A DNA stretch of 59,090 nt, the filler included, from Sphacelaria rigidula (lineage: Eukaryota), in NCBI GenBank assembly GCA_964200075.2. It is 8 parts of 8 records of this genome, joined end to end, with 100 filler letters (N's around TTAATTAATTAA, not from the genome) between each part and the next. Parts side by side here need not be neighbours in the genome. Positions count along the whole stretch, not along the records: positions 22,198 to 29,496 come from CAXNAA020015562.1; positions 29,597 to 36,895 come from CAXNAA020015563.1; positions 36,996 to 44,294 come from CAXNAA020015564.1; 5 more parts are not named here. The stretch is one strand, 5' to 3'. Numbering within the stretch: position 1 is the stretch's first letter; each line of letters begins with the position of its first letter. A model generated the notes under the pieces. The model was given only the letters and a program-made list of their open reading frames with translations. It made no database searches and was not told the DNA's origin. Both the position numbers and the translations under genes were made by a program. Below, one piece after another: positions 26,001 through 39,470 of the stretch.

Positions 26001-28011
26001 CGAGAACAGCATCGTCATAGTGTGTCAGGCTATGTGAAAAAGCAGCACTGGTGAGGTTTTGGGCGGCGTCAACTTTCCGAATTGGGGAATGGAAACTAAA
26101 ATTCCCACGGAAAACAAGTCGTGCACATTTCCCAACGAAATAAAATGATGACATGCATGGAGAATGTCCGCACGTGGGGGGAAAATAACCTTATGTCCAT
26201 CATTAAGAACGGCGCCGAGTTCCAAATGACCTCTAAGACTCCAGTGACACTCGTCCTCACGAATCGGGATGTCTCCTGAACCTCAGGCACAGTGAAAACT
26301 TGAACTGTCGGATCACGGACAGTGTGGACGAAATTCAGCCGAGCTTCCGTTGGCAGGTATGATCGCAGGATCGTGAATCTTCACTTCTCTTTTTGATGTT
26401 CGCTCTCGTATTGCACTTTGATGTCTTGTTTTTTATTTCGCGTGGTGTCTAGGTGTGCAACTTGGCGCGGGGCAAGTCAAAGACATGAAAAAAAACGACA
26501 AATATGCAAACGTCGAAGTTGACTCAAGAAAGTATGATACAAGTCTTCAACACTGTGGTCGTCGAGACACCAACGGGTAGATATTTCTGTCCCTTCACCC
26601 CCTTCGGTAGTCCGTAGGTGAGCATTTCGCCAGATTCAATTTTTTCGCAAGTGCTGCATGCGGAAGTAAGTCATCACCGGTTCTGAATTGCTCCAGATGA
26701 CACAGACTCCCTATTCAGTTTTATGAACGAGCCATCGGACTTCAGTCAGACTCGTTCCTCGATTACTGACATTAACTGACCCTCGAGTTGAATTCGTCCT
26801 TATTTTCCCAAATGACCCATCGGGCGCGATTCAACGAGAGCCATCGCTAGCTTAACGTGCGAAATCGTCACATACAACCCCTTTTGCACCCGTGGCTTAT
26901 GAACGACCGGAAATCTTGTCCCGGGATATCGCTAACCAATATTATTCACGTCACAGAGGATCACCACATAGTTATATGCGTGGAAAATGCGTGCCAACTG
27001 AGACCACAATCCGTTCTCCGTTTTCACTCATGAAATAGAGGACATTGATTACTTCTAGCATAAAATGTTTCAAGAGGTATATCGCTTGATTTCAGCTGCC
27101 TGGGGAAACATCGAGTATTCGGCGACGTATCGAACTCGCCAGCGGGTAGGCCAGCGCACAGACAGAGCGACGGGAGACATACAGAAGCCAAACAGGCAAC
27201 CGAGCCCGCTCCACCCACAAGGTGCGCTTCTCCGCCACGACTGCCCCGCCGATGTAGCTCATGTACCGATACCAAATGATTCCTACACCTCATATCTGAC
27301 ATTACCCAAGACGTTTTCCGGTAGTAACCTGTACGTACTGTAGCAGCTTCGTGGTACAGGAGTAGCAACAGCGGAAGGACGTGCAGCGGACACTGTACAT
27401 ATGCACAAGGGCGCCGCATTCGTATTTCGCCACGATTTGTCGACAGGGGAAGTACATGGAGATGCGAGCACGGCAGCAGGATGCTAAGGGGCAACGTATT
27501 CCAACACGAGTGCAAATAGGTGAATCCCACGTATTGCTGTCCGTCAGCAGGCAAGTCATCGTTTGGGCAACAGTGTACTGAACTGCATGATGCTATGCGG
27601 TGCTGTGCGTGCGGACTACTAGATAGAAGTGACAAAATGGTTTCATGCACGTGGGTAGATCGCAGCCTCCTATCACGGCCTTCCTTCTGGCACAGCCTCT
27701 TACCTCAAGCCCTGGCCGAGGGCTAAGGGTGTTCTCATCGGACTTTTGCTGGATCTTCGAATGGCGTCTTCATCGGTTTTGTCTGCTTATTTGTCTCTTT
27801 CGTTGCTTTTCCCCCTCGTTTTCCGCGGTGAGTGCTTCTGTGAAATGTCTTTGAGTACGCCCAACTTGTGATAACGACTCGACTCGTATTGCAGTTCTCA
27901 GCGGGGTATCTCGTTCGGTTTTGTTCGGCTTATTTCGCAATCAATGAACCAGTCGCTCATTCAACCAATGCGCTCGGTACGTGTTCTGCTCGCGGCGTAA
28001 CGCCGTCTCAC

Positions 28012-28265
28012 CTGCGTCAAGATTTGCCACGCGACGATGACGATCTTCACGGACTGGAGCGGAAAGAGCACTCCCACGCGGCTCAGGATTCCTCGGTCCC
28101 CTTTCTCTGGCTCAGCGGAAACCATGTAGTGAAGAAAGGCAACAAACGCACCAAGAACCAAGACGCCAACAGCTACCGCTAGTGCCACGCCACCAGCAGC
28201 ATCGGAGCAGCTGTGGCAGGTGTGACCTGGGCCCGAGGTGTACTTTTCCTTGCAAACAGAACAAT
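28012..28265 (-). CDS. Single exon of a Cys-rich extracellular / multi-TM surface protein (adhesin or polymorphic-membrane-protein-like family of brown algae)
   Basis: AG and GT bounded, 254 nt: (Y)CSVCKEKYTSGPGHTCHSCSDAAGGVALAVAVGVLVLGAFVAFLHYMV...QSVKIVIVAWQILTQ, i.e. CxxC...CxxC, a TM helix and a KIxIxxWQIxTQ motif. Neighbouring exons were not found. Confidence 0.7.
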
Positions 28266-28499
28266 CTGCAAATCAAGATAAGAGGGGATAGCGTTGACAA
28301 AAACTGGTTGGTCAGGGCCGTACATATCAAGGAAGAGAAAATAGCGAATTTCTCTCCAAATATTATCTGATAACTTTGCGGAGAAGAAAACTGTCGACTC
28401 CCCGTATAGGCTGGTAGAGAAATGGGTAGCCTTGACTCATCGTGTACTATTATCCATCAGGGATATGCGTCTTCATCAGGGACGTTAATATGCGTCTAG

Positions 28500-29110
28500 A
28501 CTGTTCATGGTGGGATATTTATGAACATCGGTGATGGAGAGCCACAATCATTACATCCATCTCACGTATCCATAATGAACATCCGTATCTATGATAGACA
28601 TCCATATCCATGATGGCTAATCACGATGGGCGTCCATCACGAATTTTCATTTGGGACGTCCACGATGGGTATAATTTTGATTGATTGATTGTCGCGCTAT
28701 AACTGACCCCCCAGGGGTCCAGCCGTGATCTCATGATAGACGTACTCAAGAACAATGGAATTCAAACAGGGTATGGATACCCATAATGGATACCATATCC
28801 CAGATGGTTATGATGAATGTGGCTGTCCAACATGGATGTTCATGGATATCCCAGCATGAACATTCCGCATGAATATCCATGATGGGCATCAATCTATCCA
28901 TGATGGTTATACACACATCCGGGATACGAAGACTCATCACGGATTTTCGTGTCCATCAGAAAATTCTCCATCTCTGCTCCTGACCCCTCACCCTGACTCC
29001 GACTCTCTAATCCCCGTCCTAACCCAACCCCTGACTCCAACTCGAACTACAAGACAACATCGACACTAGCAGGAGTCCAACAGATGGATATTTCAGATGG
29101 ATATCCACCA
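28500..29110. repeat. Degenerate ATCCATGATGG motif array, probably a transposon subterminal region
   Basis: Many ATCCATGATGG / GATGGATAT variants; interrupted by a (CAAT)n-tailed fragment at 28677-28755. Confidence 0.55.
28677..28755 (-). mobile_element. Very short 5'-truncated copy of the (CAAT)n-tailed element
   Basis: TTGATTGATTGATTGTCGCGCTATAACTGACCCCCAGGGGTCCAGCCGTGATCTCATGATAGACGTAC matches the other two copies. Confidence 0.7.
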
Positions 29111-29744
29111 TGCGTTCTTCACGATAGTGTAAGACCGTGATTAAAAGCTTCTCTCCTGACGTTAGCCGTGCTCTCTTGGGTGGGGATACTTGAAGTGCCA
29201 AGAATCCTTGATCGACGACCAAGGCAACATGCCAATATTAAACGGAACCTGTCGAACCCCATTTTCATGTGATACAGGGCGCGCGCGAGGGGAAGGGGGG
29301 GGGCGTACTCATTTGTTGCTTGCCTTAGCCGTGTGACCATTGACCACGCATCCCGTTCGAGACCGAGCACCGTTCCTGCTCCTAATAGAGACACCTCCAA
29401 CATTCCGGCGCTCATCACGTTTCTTCCGCAGCTCACTACATGTCTTCCATACATTACACAAAGACCACTTACATATCTTATCCCCGTCCTGTTTCGNNNN
29501 NNNNNNNNNNNNNNNNNNNNNNNNNNNNNNNNNNNNNNNNTTAATTAATTAANNNNNNNNNNNNNNNNNNNNNNNNNNNNNNNNNNNNNNNNNNNNTTCT
29601 CTTTTTTTTGCTAAACCCTTCGACCGCGTGGTTAGTCTTCTGTTGAATCGGCATCAATTTCAAGTGAAAAAAAGTCTGCATGGTCCAGAAAGACCAATCT
29701 CGCGGTCTAAGGGTTAAGGTCGGCCATTTCTTCCTGTGCTTTGC

Positions 29745-29940
29745 TTGTGTTGACTTTTTTATTACTCTGTTTTTGTTACGACTTGGTCTGCTATGCCGTT
29801 CTGTTCGATTTTTTTTGTTCCTGTCCCTTTTTTCTTCAAAGCGTGTTTCAGTTTCGTTTTTCTTGGGTACGTCTATCATGAGACCGCGGCTGGGCTCCTG
29901 GGGCATCAGTTAAAGTGCGACAATCAATCAATCAAATCAA
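29745..29940 (+). mobile_element. 3' end of the (CAAT)n-tailed non-LTR element
   Basis: T-rich tract, then CTATCATGAGACCGCGGCTGGGCTCCTGGGGCATCAGTTAAAGTGCGACAATCAATCAATC. Confidence 0.7.
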
Positions 29941-30632
29941 AAGTCAACGACCGGACGCGGTTTAGCGTCAAAATGGCGATGTTCAGCCCAACTCTCATCG
30001 TCATGGAATGTTTTTCGCATGCGGTTTATTTTTTCCATAGTTCGATGGGTCCCTTTACCCATAACGGGAAATGTCGCCACCACCTGTCCTGGATGCCTTG
30101 TATCACGTCACCAGTAGCTCCACTCTATTTTTCGACATCTAAGGGCCCTAGTTTTGCAAACGACTTCTCGTCTGAAAGTCAAGTGGGACCGTCAAAACGT
30201 GGGAAAATGTGCAAACATCACAGCAGACATACCACACCCTCCTCCCTCGCGCTGAACCTACTTCCATCCATCTCCGGCGGGGACGACTGATGAACAGTCC
30301 CACGGCAAGGCAAGTATGAAGCATGAGTGCGCATGCCCACCCTTCTATTCTGCTCCCATATCTTTGAACGTTCACCGTTTCGGCAGGGTACCATTACCGG
30401 AGAGTTTGCTCCATGACTCGTCGGAGGGTAGTGGAGAAGACAGCATCGAGGAACAAGGAGCGTCGCGGTCCAAGTACAGTGCCGTTGCATCGCGCTCAGC
30501 GACAACTGGCAGCATCTGCAGCGGCAGTAGAAGTGCCGGCAAGAACGGAACGGCTAGGGTGGTGGATAGCCTGCGTCGAACGCGCGCTGCTGCTGCATCA
30601 TCCCTGTAGGGGAAGTATCGCATGACACCAGG

Positions 30633-30946
30633 TGTAACGGCTATATTATTTCAAGACACGTACAGCTGAATATTTGCCTAGTCCCGGTTTTGTTTCGAAG
30701 AGCCGTGTCTTCGTCGTCGATTTATGAATTGATTGCGCTGTATGTATAGTCACAATAGTGGGGCTGATTCGGCATGATTTCTGCACGGGTGGCACTACGG
30801 TGATGGCAGACAAGAAACTCCTTCTGAATCATAAGGTGGGCGCGTGCATGCGCTGCCCGGTCGTGGATCATCGCCCTGTCCAGTCCACAACGCACTTCTG
30901 TCTGTCGGAGTATGGCAGTGAGGACTACGTCGGACAAATGGTTACA
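30633..30946. mobile_element. Probable solo LTR (314 bp)
   Basis: Termini TGTAAC...GTTACA; 5-bp flanks CCAGG and CCGGG (one mismatch). Confidence 0.6.
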
Positions 30947-32454
30947 CCGGGAGAATTTGTATACGCTGTCTCTTCCTGTCTCATTCGGTCTGTGTGTTCG
31001 TACCTGTTCCTCTCGCGCGTCGTTGTCTGGAGTCGTAAACGATGGGTTTTGCTCCGTGATTTATTTCGTGAAAGTGGGGCCCGCGCCCACCCGAGATTCG
31101 CGGGGAGGGCACGGCGTGAGGGGGCGCGGGGGGGAAGGGGGCGCAATATGGTGGTTCCGCAGCGTGTAACGCCGGGAGAATGTCCTGATCAAAATACGAA
31201 GTTCATGTCGGCTGGCGTGTTCTTTGGGTGTGCGAAAGGCGTCGTACGGTCTGTGTCTCCCATTACATGGTGCCCTCACCCCACCCGCTCGTCCTTCTCC
31301 TGGCCAGCTGTTGATGCGTATTTTTCTCCTCTTTTTGAAGGACGAAATGGAGCCTGTGGCAGCAGTGTGGTGTGTCGCTATGTACAGTAGCATGGGGCTA
31401 GAACAGCTGGTGAGTACGTTCTCTGCTGCCTCGACCGAAAAGTACCATGCTCGAAAACAGCATCATGTAGAAGCCGTGTCTCCTGGTGTGCATTTCGTTT
31501 TTCGTTCACTCCTTTTCTCCACTGAAGGTGGGTGGTGGGGATCGACGGTGGCGCTGCCATTGAGAAAACGCCCCCCATCAAATTGCCGGACGTGAACATT
31601 TATGCTTTAGAGTTTAGAGGATCATTTAGACCGTGGCCGTGACCATCCTCCTGACCAGCCGGCAATGGCAAGGGGTGGTCTCGTTCCGTCTGACCATTTA
31701 CAGGTGTTGCGTGGGGGCAGCCACCAACCTCTTGCGGACGGGACGATTATGCGGACACTGTTTTGTTTTTGTGGTGCTTTCGTGCCACCCTCCATCCTCC
31801 GGGAAGCGAGGTTTCACGTTGTCTTCAGTATACGTGATTGTAGGGCACAAGGACCCCGTGTAGCTGATTACGACAAGAGGTGGTAGTTTAGCTCTATGTT
31901 GTACGTACGATAGAAGTGAGCGGGTTTTGGTCTTGGAGTTTGGGTGCAATGCGGCACAGCTCTGTTGATTTATTCCGTGAAAGTGATATCCGCGGTATTG
32001 TACTACTACAAGGTTTCCTCTTGAGGCTCGTACGGAATTGCGGTAGTGAGGGCCGTCGTTGTGGTTAGCTTACACGTGTTTTTATTTGGGTGACAAATAC
32101 AGTGCCGAGGTTGATTTGCCACGAGTCGTAGGTTGTTCTAGCCAAGCCAAGCGCACGGTTTCAACTGCTTTGATCGCCTGTTCTTGTTCGCTGGGAGTAG
32201 ACCATGTATCCACCGATGTTGCAAGTGCGCCGCGCTCAGCTGTGGCATGTTCAACCATCACGGTGGTTGTGTTCGAGCAATCGCCACCGGTCGAGGGGCT
32301 TACGGTCGCCATGATCAGTTCAGGTGGGCGTTCGCAATAGGCTCATCGCGTCTGACCGTCCAACGGACATTTTCAACAGTTCTGGGCGGCGCACCGGCAT
32401 ACACCGAAACGCACTGCCTGACACGGCCGCGGTGCTTTGTGGGGGACTTGTTGG

Positions 32455-32638
32455 TGTAACACTCCCATCGTGTAGAAACATACGTTATTCCGTGGTGCGT
32501 GGCGAAGGATAGATGGTTTTATCTTATATATTATTGGAGAGTGCCTTGACGCAGTCGATCCTATGATGGAGGGATCAGATGTGGAGCGCGCTCGGGTGGC
32601 AGCGTAGCAGCCGGCCTGAGCGTGGTACCGTAGTCACA
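32455..32638 (-). repeat. Short LTR-like repeat; second copy at 44395-44545
   Basis: Termini TGTAAC...GTCACA; reverse complement matches CATCTGATCCC...GGCACTCTCCAATAATA...TCTATCCTTCGCCACG at 44440-44540; no TSD found. Confidence 0.55.
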
Positions 32639-35600
32639 CACACTTGACTACCAGAACCCGTGCGTCAGCATGAATCTATCCGCACATGTACCTCTTCACT
32701 CAGTGAACCTGTTCACATGAACATACCTCACGCTGCTAACGTCTTTGCGCTGGGGGCGAGCGTGTCTTGGGCACAGAACCTTGGGTGCATCGAGGACAAT
32801 CTTGAAAACATCCCGCAGTCCACGGTTCCAGTTGGTGAACAGGAGTGGGTGCATGCACACACACTCTTACTGTGATGGAAACGACGATTTTGAATGGCGG
32901 GTTTGTTGGCGCACTGAAGTGGCCCGCTACAAGCCGATCCTGGCATACACGGATGCGAAATCGTCCCCGAAACTCTCGAAGACATGCATTTGTGGGGCAC
33001 AAGAACTCCACTCACCCCAACACATCAAACTGCAACCACGACCTCGGCACGGTGAGCGCACACACGTGTGGAACCTCATACTGTAACTCGGAAAACCAGG
33101 CGTGAGAAGGAAGGGGAACGAGAAGTGGAAATATAGCTCCGGGCCGCACGAAAAAAGGCACACCACGTGGTTTTTTGGAACGAAACAGGATTGTGATACC
33201 TTTACTTGGAGATGCTCTACGAAGCGGATGACGTGTACCAGTGATGACCGGTGCATTTCCTTTCGTGTGGGGGATGAACCGAGGTGGAGGATACGCAGTT
33301 TTTGCCGATTCACAAGAACATGAACCGTCACTGGGTTGTCAAAGGGTTGAAGACCCGCGCCGTCGCCGCTTTGCAGCATAACACCGTTTGCGGCGTGTAT
33401 TGTAGTGACATCTTTACAATTCCGTGTGGCATGCTGTGCTCTGCTCTCGAGAATCTGAAACGTGTGTGTTGCAAGTCCTTGGCTGTGTATCTGTGAGTCG
33501 TGGTGCCATCTATATCTTGCGCCAGCCAACACCTTTCGATATGTTTGTGCACACCAGTCGGGATCGGAGCAGCACATCCGGTGATCGGTGATGTGATTAT
33601 CGGTACATTCCAGCAATCCAATCGGAAACGTTTCGTCCCGATACGCGAATCACAGATTAACGACGCTCTGATGTTCCACGTGGTGACGCCGCATGATGCC
33701 CTTCGGCAGTGTGTGCTGACAAGACGTTTTACACATGTTTGGATCTTTGTGATTCTCACTACACAATCGTTCGCGCCCTGCATGCACCGTCGGATCTTTG
33801 AGGTCTGCGGGCCAACCAGCAGCGTGTTACAACTTCTTGGCCCATTACGTTTCGGCCTTTTTTGGCGAGGTGAAGCTTCACAAAAAATATAAAATAATGT
33901 CTTCCATTTGGCCCGCGGCGTGGTCAGCACTTGGCGGGAAAGGGTAGAGTGGTGGAGGTGCACAATCACGTTCTGAGGTTCGAAATGGTAGGAGTCCTCC
34001 ATCTCACCCAAAAAGTGACTGGTGAAAATCGTGAGAGCACGCCACGACCAGCATTTCGATCAGCTAGGGATGTCACGAACAGAAGGACACGGCGCCCCGA
34101 AGGACGGGTTTCTTTTGCCCTGTACACACGTCGGAGACACGAGTCATGCCACGGTAGTAGGGGTTGCATATTTCGGCCCAGATTCTTCTCACCGCCCCCC
34201 TTTCTTTCATTTATTTTCTCCTCTTCTCTTTTCATGTATTATTCCTTTTTTTTCACGTCTTGAGCTACTTGCTCATGTATCAAAGAATAAAGAGTTGTCG
34301 GAAAGTGTATTTTCGGCCCTTCTTCGTCGTGTTTCCCCCGAAAAGGACCAGGCGGATGTTGGCACCGTAGTTAGGGAGGAGTTGTACAAGAATATGAGTC
34401 AGGACATTCCCGTCTTGAAAATTATCCGAGATATATCTAGCCCATTGGAACGCTAATCGTGAGGTGCTCTCGAAGATGCCATAATAAGTCGTTTTTTCGA
34501 TGAGATCAAGGGCTCTTCACAATTCAAACTTGAGGAACATTTTGTGCACCCCTTCCGGGGTATGTCTCACGAATGAAATACACAAAAAAATACTGCGTAT
34601 GGCTGGAAAGAACGAAGTAGCGGAGGGAAAAATCGTCGCCTACATGGTAATTGGGTCGTAGGAGGAGGGGGAAAAAGCCAGAAGAGGGAAACTACGCAGG
34701 TTGGGATACTGAACAAGTCAGGACAGGGCGAGGGGAGGCAGGGCGACGCAAGGCAAGGCAAGGCACGGTGACACGCCACGACAGAGCCAAATGAAGATGG
34801 GACCAAGAACACGAGCGTCCAAAAGATGAGGGGTGAAAAACAAAACAAGACAAAACAAGACAGCAGAGTGGTGCTACGTAGGGGTGCACAAATAGTTACT
34901 GAGGTTACAATTGTTAGAAGCCCTGGATCTCATCCAAAACATGACTGATGAAAATATGTGAGAGTACGCCACGATCACTATTTCAATGAGCTGGGAACAT
35001 TCCGACTGAATTTGCAAAGGGAGATGTCCTGACCCACGTTCTTGTGCATCTAGAATCGTTAGGAGCCCCTGAACCGGACAAAATATCGCGAAAAAAGTGC
35101 TCCCCCACCGTAAAATTTCTCAGCAGTTCAGAACAACACACCACAACAGCAACAACAGCAACTCCCGAATGACCTTTCATTCGCACCGCGTTCGGCGGCA
35201 AACAAATTGCCAAAACAACGGGGGCGTCGACCACATCTTGTCGCGTGTTTTCACAACATTGTCAACCATTTCAAACATCACCAACACCGTGTTTACACTC
35301 GAAGCGCATTTTGCTCATCTGAAGAGTGCTCGTATTTCGACAGGGTAAATCAAGGACCACTACATACAGTAGATCTGAACTCAGGTTCATAATGCAGCTT
35401 ATCGCGGGGATGGTACGCGAATCGCGATTGTATAGATTCCCGAACAAACCATCCCTTTACTCGTACGCATTTGAACAAAACAACGAGGAGATACGAACGA
35501 CGACTGTGTTTCCGCCACATACTGTTTGTCCATCGCAATTGTATCATAACCTCCGACGTAGCCGCGTTCCCTGTCCTCTGGTTGTATTGTAACAATGCTA

Positions 35601-35745
35601 CACGACGGGTGACTCTCCCTTGTTGCAAATGTCCAACACCGCAATAACTTCACAATCCCCTCACAATGCAGATGGAATTGTTTCAAAGCTATCAGACACA
35701 CAATCTACTCGTTCCCTCGCTGACGACCGAACCAACCAGGCACAA

Positions 35746-36895
35746 ATGGTTCTAATATGGAACAATCAGTTACTTTCCTACTCCACGGAGAAGAAGAAAA
35801 AACACGCCACAAGGAAAAAGAGGCGTAGAAGACGAGCAGGTCGGGGGGCTGCCGACAAGAGGAAAAAGACTGCGAGGGCGAGGACCAGGGTCGGCGAGCT
35901 TACTGTCGGCACCTACAATGTTCGTACGCTCGCTTTCAAAGGTGTGAACGGCATTGGCCACAGTAAGATTGTCCTGAAATCTTGTCAGTATCTGGGATGC
36001 GATATCGTAGGGTTACAAGAAGCCAGGAGGGATGGCCAATCGGTGTTGAGTGCGGCGGGATTTACGGTATTTTGTTCTGGTGATACAAGCGGGACTGATG
36101 GAAGGGCAGGACAATATGGGGTAGGGAACGCTATCAAGGAGTCAATCCTGGAGGAGATGGGAGGAAAAGGTGCCACAGTCTAGTACCTCAGTGCTAGACT
36201 TATGAAGGTGAAACTTGAACTACACGGCAAATCCAACGCAGTATCGTTTGTAGTTGGGTATGCCCCGACGGAGACCGCTCCGCTGCGTGACAAGAACAAG
36301 TTTTGGGATGACGTATCCGATACCGTCTCACAGGTACCTGGCAAGGAACATCTATTCGTCATGATGGATGCCAACACCCGCACTGGAAAACGAGGGGAGA
36401 GGGGTGGAGAGAATGATAGCCAGGTACTTGGCGAATACGGGCGGGATGAACTGAACAAAAACGGTGGCAGGCTACTGGCCTTTGCAGAGGAACAACGCCT
36501 TGCTGTGCTAAATACGTTCTTCAGAACACCCAAGCGGGGCATATCGTACACTTTCCAAAGCCCCAACGGCGGGAAGGGACGCTATCGCCTTGACTACATC
36601 CTCAAAAGACATACGGATCGAAAACTCGTACGCAACATTTCCGTCCGCTGCCCACCACCCGGCAAATGCGAGTCTGACCATAACTTCGTATCTGCAAAGG
36701 TCCGGCTCCGTGGTCACTTTGCGCCCAATCGCAAGTTACGGATATATGCATCCAGACGCAAAACGGCCGACCTTGAAAGGCTGATGGCTGACCCGACGTT
36801 GAGAGCAATGACGTTGCAAACGGCCTTCCCTCTCGACCCCTTGCCCATAGATGCTACCGCCGCTGACATGGCTGCAGGCCTCACCAAGATGCTGA
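35746..36895 (+). mobile_element. RTE-like LINE, APE-type endonuclease domain; one in-frame stop; truncated by the contig end
   Basis: VGTYNVRTL, DIVGLQE, GVG, GYAPT, MMDANTRTG, NTFF, LDYIL and SDHNFV motifs; TAG at 36181-36183 in frame; basic N-terminal segment. Confidence 0.92.
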
Positions 36896-37464
36896 NNNNN
36901 NNNNNNNNNNNNNNNNNNNNNNNNNNNNNNNNNNNNNNNTTAATTAATTAANNNNNNNNNNNNNNNNNNNNNNNNNNNNNNNNNNNNNNNNNNNNTGCTT
37001 TCATACCCGTTGCGAACTTCGGTCGGGAGTAAGTACGGTAGCAACAAAAGCTAGCTATGATCGGGTTTGCCTGCCGTATTACCGACAGCGTTGCGTGAAA
37101 GCCACAAGACCTTTGCTGTCGGCGGTTGATGGCGTGGGTCTCAAATGTAACGACAAGTGGTTGATCGTAGAGCACTCTCGTCCCAGCTTGTAATGCATGA
37201 CCTCCTCACATCGGAGTAATTCTGGAAAGCTACTCGTACTGTACCGAGGTGTTCACGCGACCATCGTGTGCTCCAGATTGCAGCATGGACGGACTCCTAT
37301 GCGCCACACTAGCAACAGTTAGGTCGCCACCATAGGTTTCTTTTTTCACTCCGCATGTCAAAACGGTCTCTACAATTGTTTGATCTCTCGTACACCCCCC
37401 TCAACTGGCGTGTGGCACGCTCTTCTCGTCGGGCACCCAGAGGGTCAGATGTGGGTAAAATCAA

Positions 37465-37574
37465 CACGGGTGGCCTCTGGGGTGTCTGCAACCTCAAATT
37501 TGGACGTTACAGACCTTGCACAAGGTCTGTTTCGTCCAAATTTGAGGTTGCAGGCATCCCAGTGGCCACCCGTG
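37465..37574. repeat. Near-perfect 110-nt hairpin (foldback MITE or small-RNA precursor)
   Basis: CACGGGTGGCC...TGCAACCTCAAATTTGGACG..ACAGACCTTG pairs with CAAGGTCTGT..CGTCCAAATTTGAGGTTGCA...GGCCACCCGTG around a tiny loop. Confidence 0.85.
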
Positions 37575-38928
37575 AATGATGAATAACACCTCCCAATGTC
37601 AAATTGGGTCGCGCCACCGCCCTTGCTGGCATGTGTGTGACAGAGAACAGTAGTAGCGGTGACGGGAACATTGTCCTGTTCTTCAGCGGCATGTTTTTCA
37701 GCGCACAGAGGTGCGTCCTGTTCAAAAGGAGAGGCAGAGAGAAATCGATCTTCGCATCCGTGAGCTCGACAGGCAATTGTAAGACGAGAGAAAATCTCTC
37801 CGCAGCTCGATGTTTCGGCACATAACAGGCTGGGATCATTATTGAGGTTCAACATTTTTATGAGGTTTAACGGACCATCGAAATTTCATTTACTTTGTTC
37901 AAGAGGCTCTGGAGTCGTGAGCGGTTTTGACCATGTGCCTCTAATCCAGAAGTTTCAGCACTGGAGCGAAAGCATGATGGTGTGCAGTCCAACCGAAAAG
38001 CCGCCCTCATTCATCGTGCCGCATCTATCGAGCAACCCTTGCGTCCAAGCGCTGCGGAACACGTCACGAAGCATGCTGAAAACATACTTCTTTGGAATTG
38101 TCATCGAGTTTCCCAGCGCCTCTTGTTGTGTATCTGAGAGAGACTTCATACTGTTGCGCCGGCGACGACCGCCGTCAGAGAAACGATCCAATGCGGCGGC
38201 AGACGCCAACGATCTTCGACACGCAGCGTCATTCAGCAGTCTGCTGAGATATACCATCACCACAGCACAGCATCACCACAGTACAGTGGTCAGTTGGATC
38301 AAATGGGTGCCCCACGATAAAACTGCAGACACACACAACGGGGGTAAGGGTTAGTCCGACGCCTGGGGTTGTTTCGCCAGTAGTGCCCATGCAAGGCGCT
38401 TCATCTAGTCTGAACCAGCTATCACGCCTTGTATGGCCCCCTCCGCCGTGGCTGTTATGAGAACCGGTTTCGCGGTGGAGCTGTTGAAAAACACCAATGT
38501 TGTAGTGCAACGCGCTTCAAACATTCGAGCCGTTTCTTTTCAATCAAAAAGCCACGGCAGCTCTAGTTTGAATATCCCTTCTGACGGTCCCAAACGGGTG
38601 CTGATGCAGAGACGGAAAGCGCTAGCACCGTCATCCTGAGATGAGATTTGAGACAACTGTGGGGGGTATTTGGTAAACATCGCTCAAAATGAAATGTTTA
38701 GACCAGTATTCAGGGGTATCGTAAGTACATGTTCCCCTATTGAAAACCGAAGTTTCCTTGCTCGAACACTTTACACCTGTTCAAGAATGTACGACTGCTT
38801 TCCAAGAAAACAACTCGTTAGTTCCGGACTTCCCCTGGGGTTTGATTCTAACGCTGAGGTTGTCTCCCAGGATATTGTATACTATATACGTACTACAACT
38901 TCAGGTTCCCCGAAGGCGTCCAACGGTC

Positions 38929-39470
38929 GGTTGGCGTTGACGCTGTAAAACACGCCACTTTCTGCGTGAGCTAGGCAACCAGGTCACCAATTTTATTTTG
39001 CGCGCTTGCGTTTTTTTTGCGTTGACAAGGAGGGTAGTCGAGCTAGATCATATTGTGCGGGGTGAGAGAACCTCAACTCCGCGCAAAGGGGATGATCGTA
39101 CTACGCGGTGATTTGGTTGTAATCATTTCTCCCCTCCAGGCTTCAATGGTGAGACACCCATGAGGCAGTGTACAAGCCGTGGCTGTCTCTGGAAGTGGCA
39201 ATACCATGAAATAAAGGAACTCATTGTAGGCTGTCGTCCAAATGCAAGATAATCAGTAGGCTTCGGGCCAAACAACCTTTGCAGGATGCAGCTCAACCTT
39301 CATACGACTCGCCGAGCATACGACTCGCCGAACACGGCGCTTCGCGCTTGGTAATTCAGTGCGAGGCTGGTCCGGCAAAAACCCGGCGTGCTCCGTTTCC
39401 GGCTTTGTTGGGATGCGAGGTCAATGGTCTTATGACTATAGCATGCATGGTCATGAGTACATCGCCCCCC
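38929..39470 (+). repeat. Dispersed repeat family A, long copy
   Basis: Colinear with 51881-52360; fragments at 1-100 and 22198-22270. Confidence 0.85.

Noticed and set aside
29990..30290. Decayed TTF-type zinc finger or hAT transposase fragment on the minus strand
   Set aside because: Only a vague resemblance (EEGVVCLL*C) with several stops; not supportable by eye.
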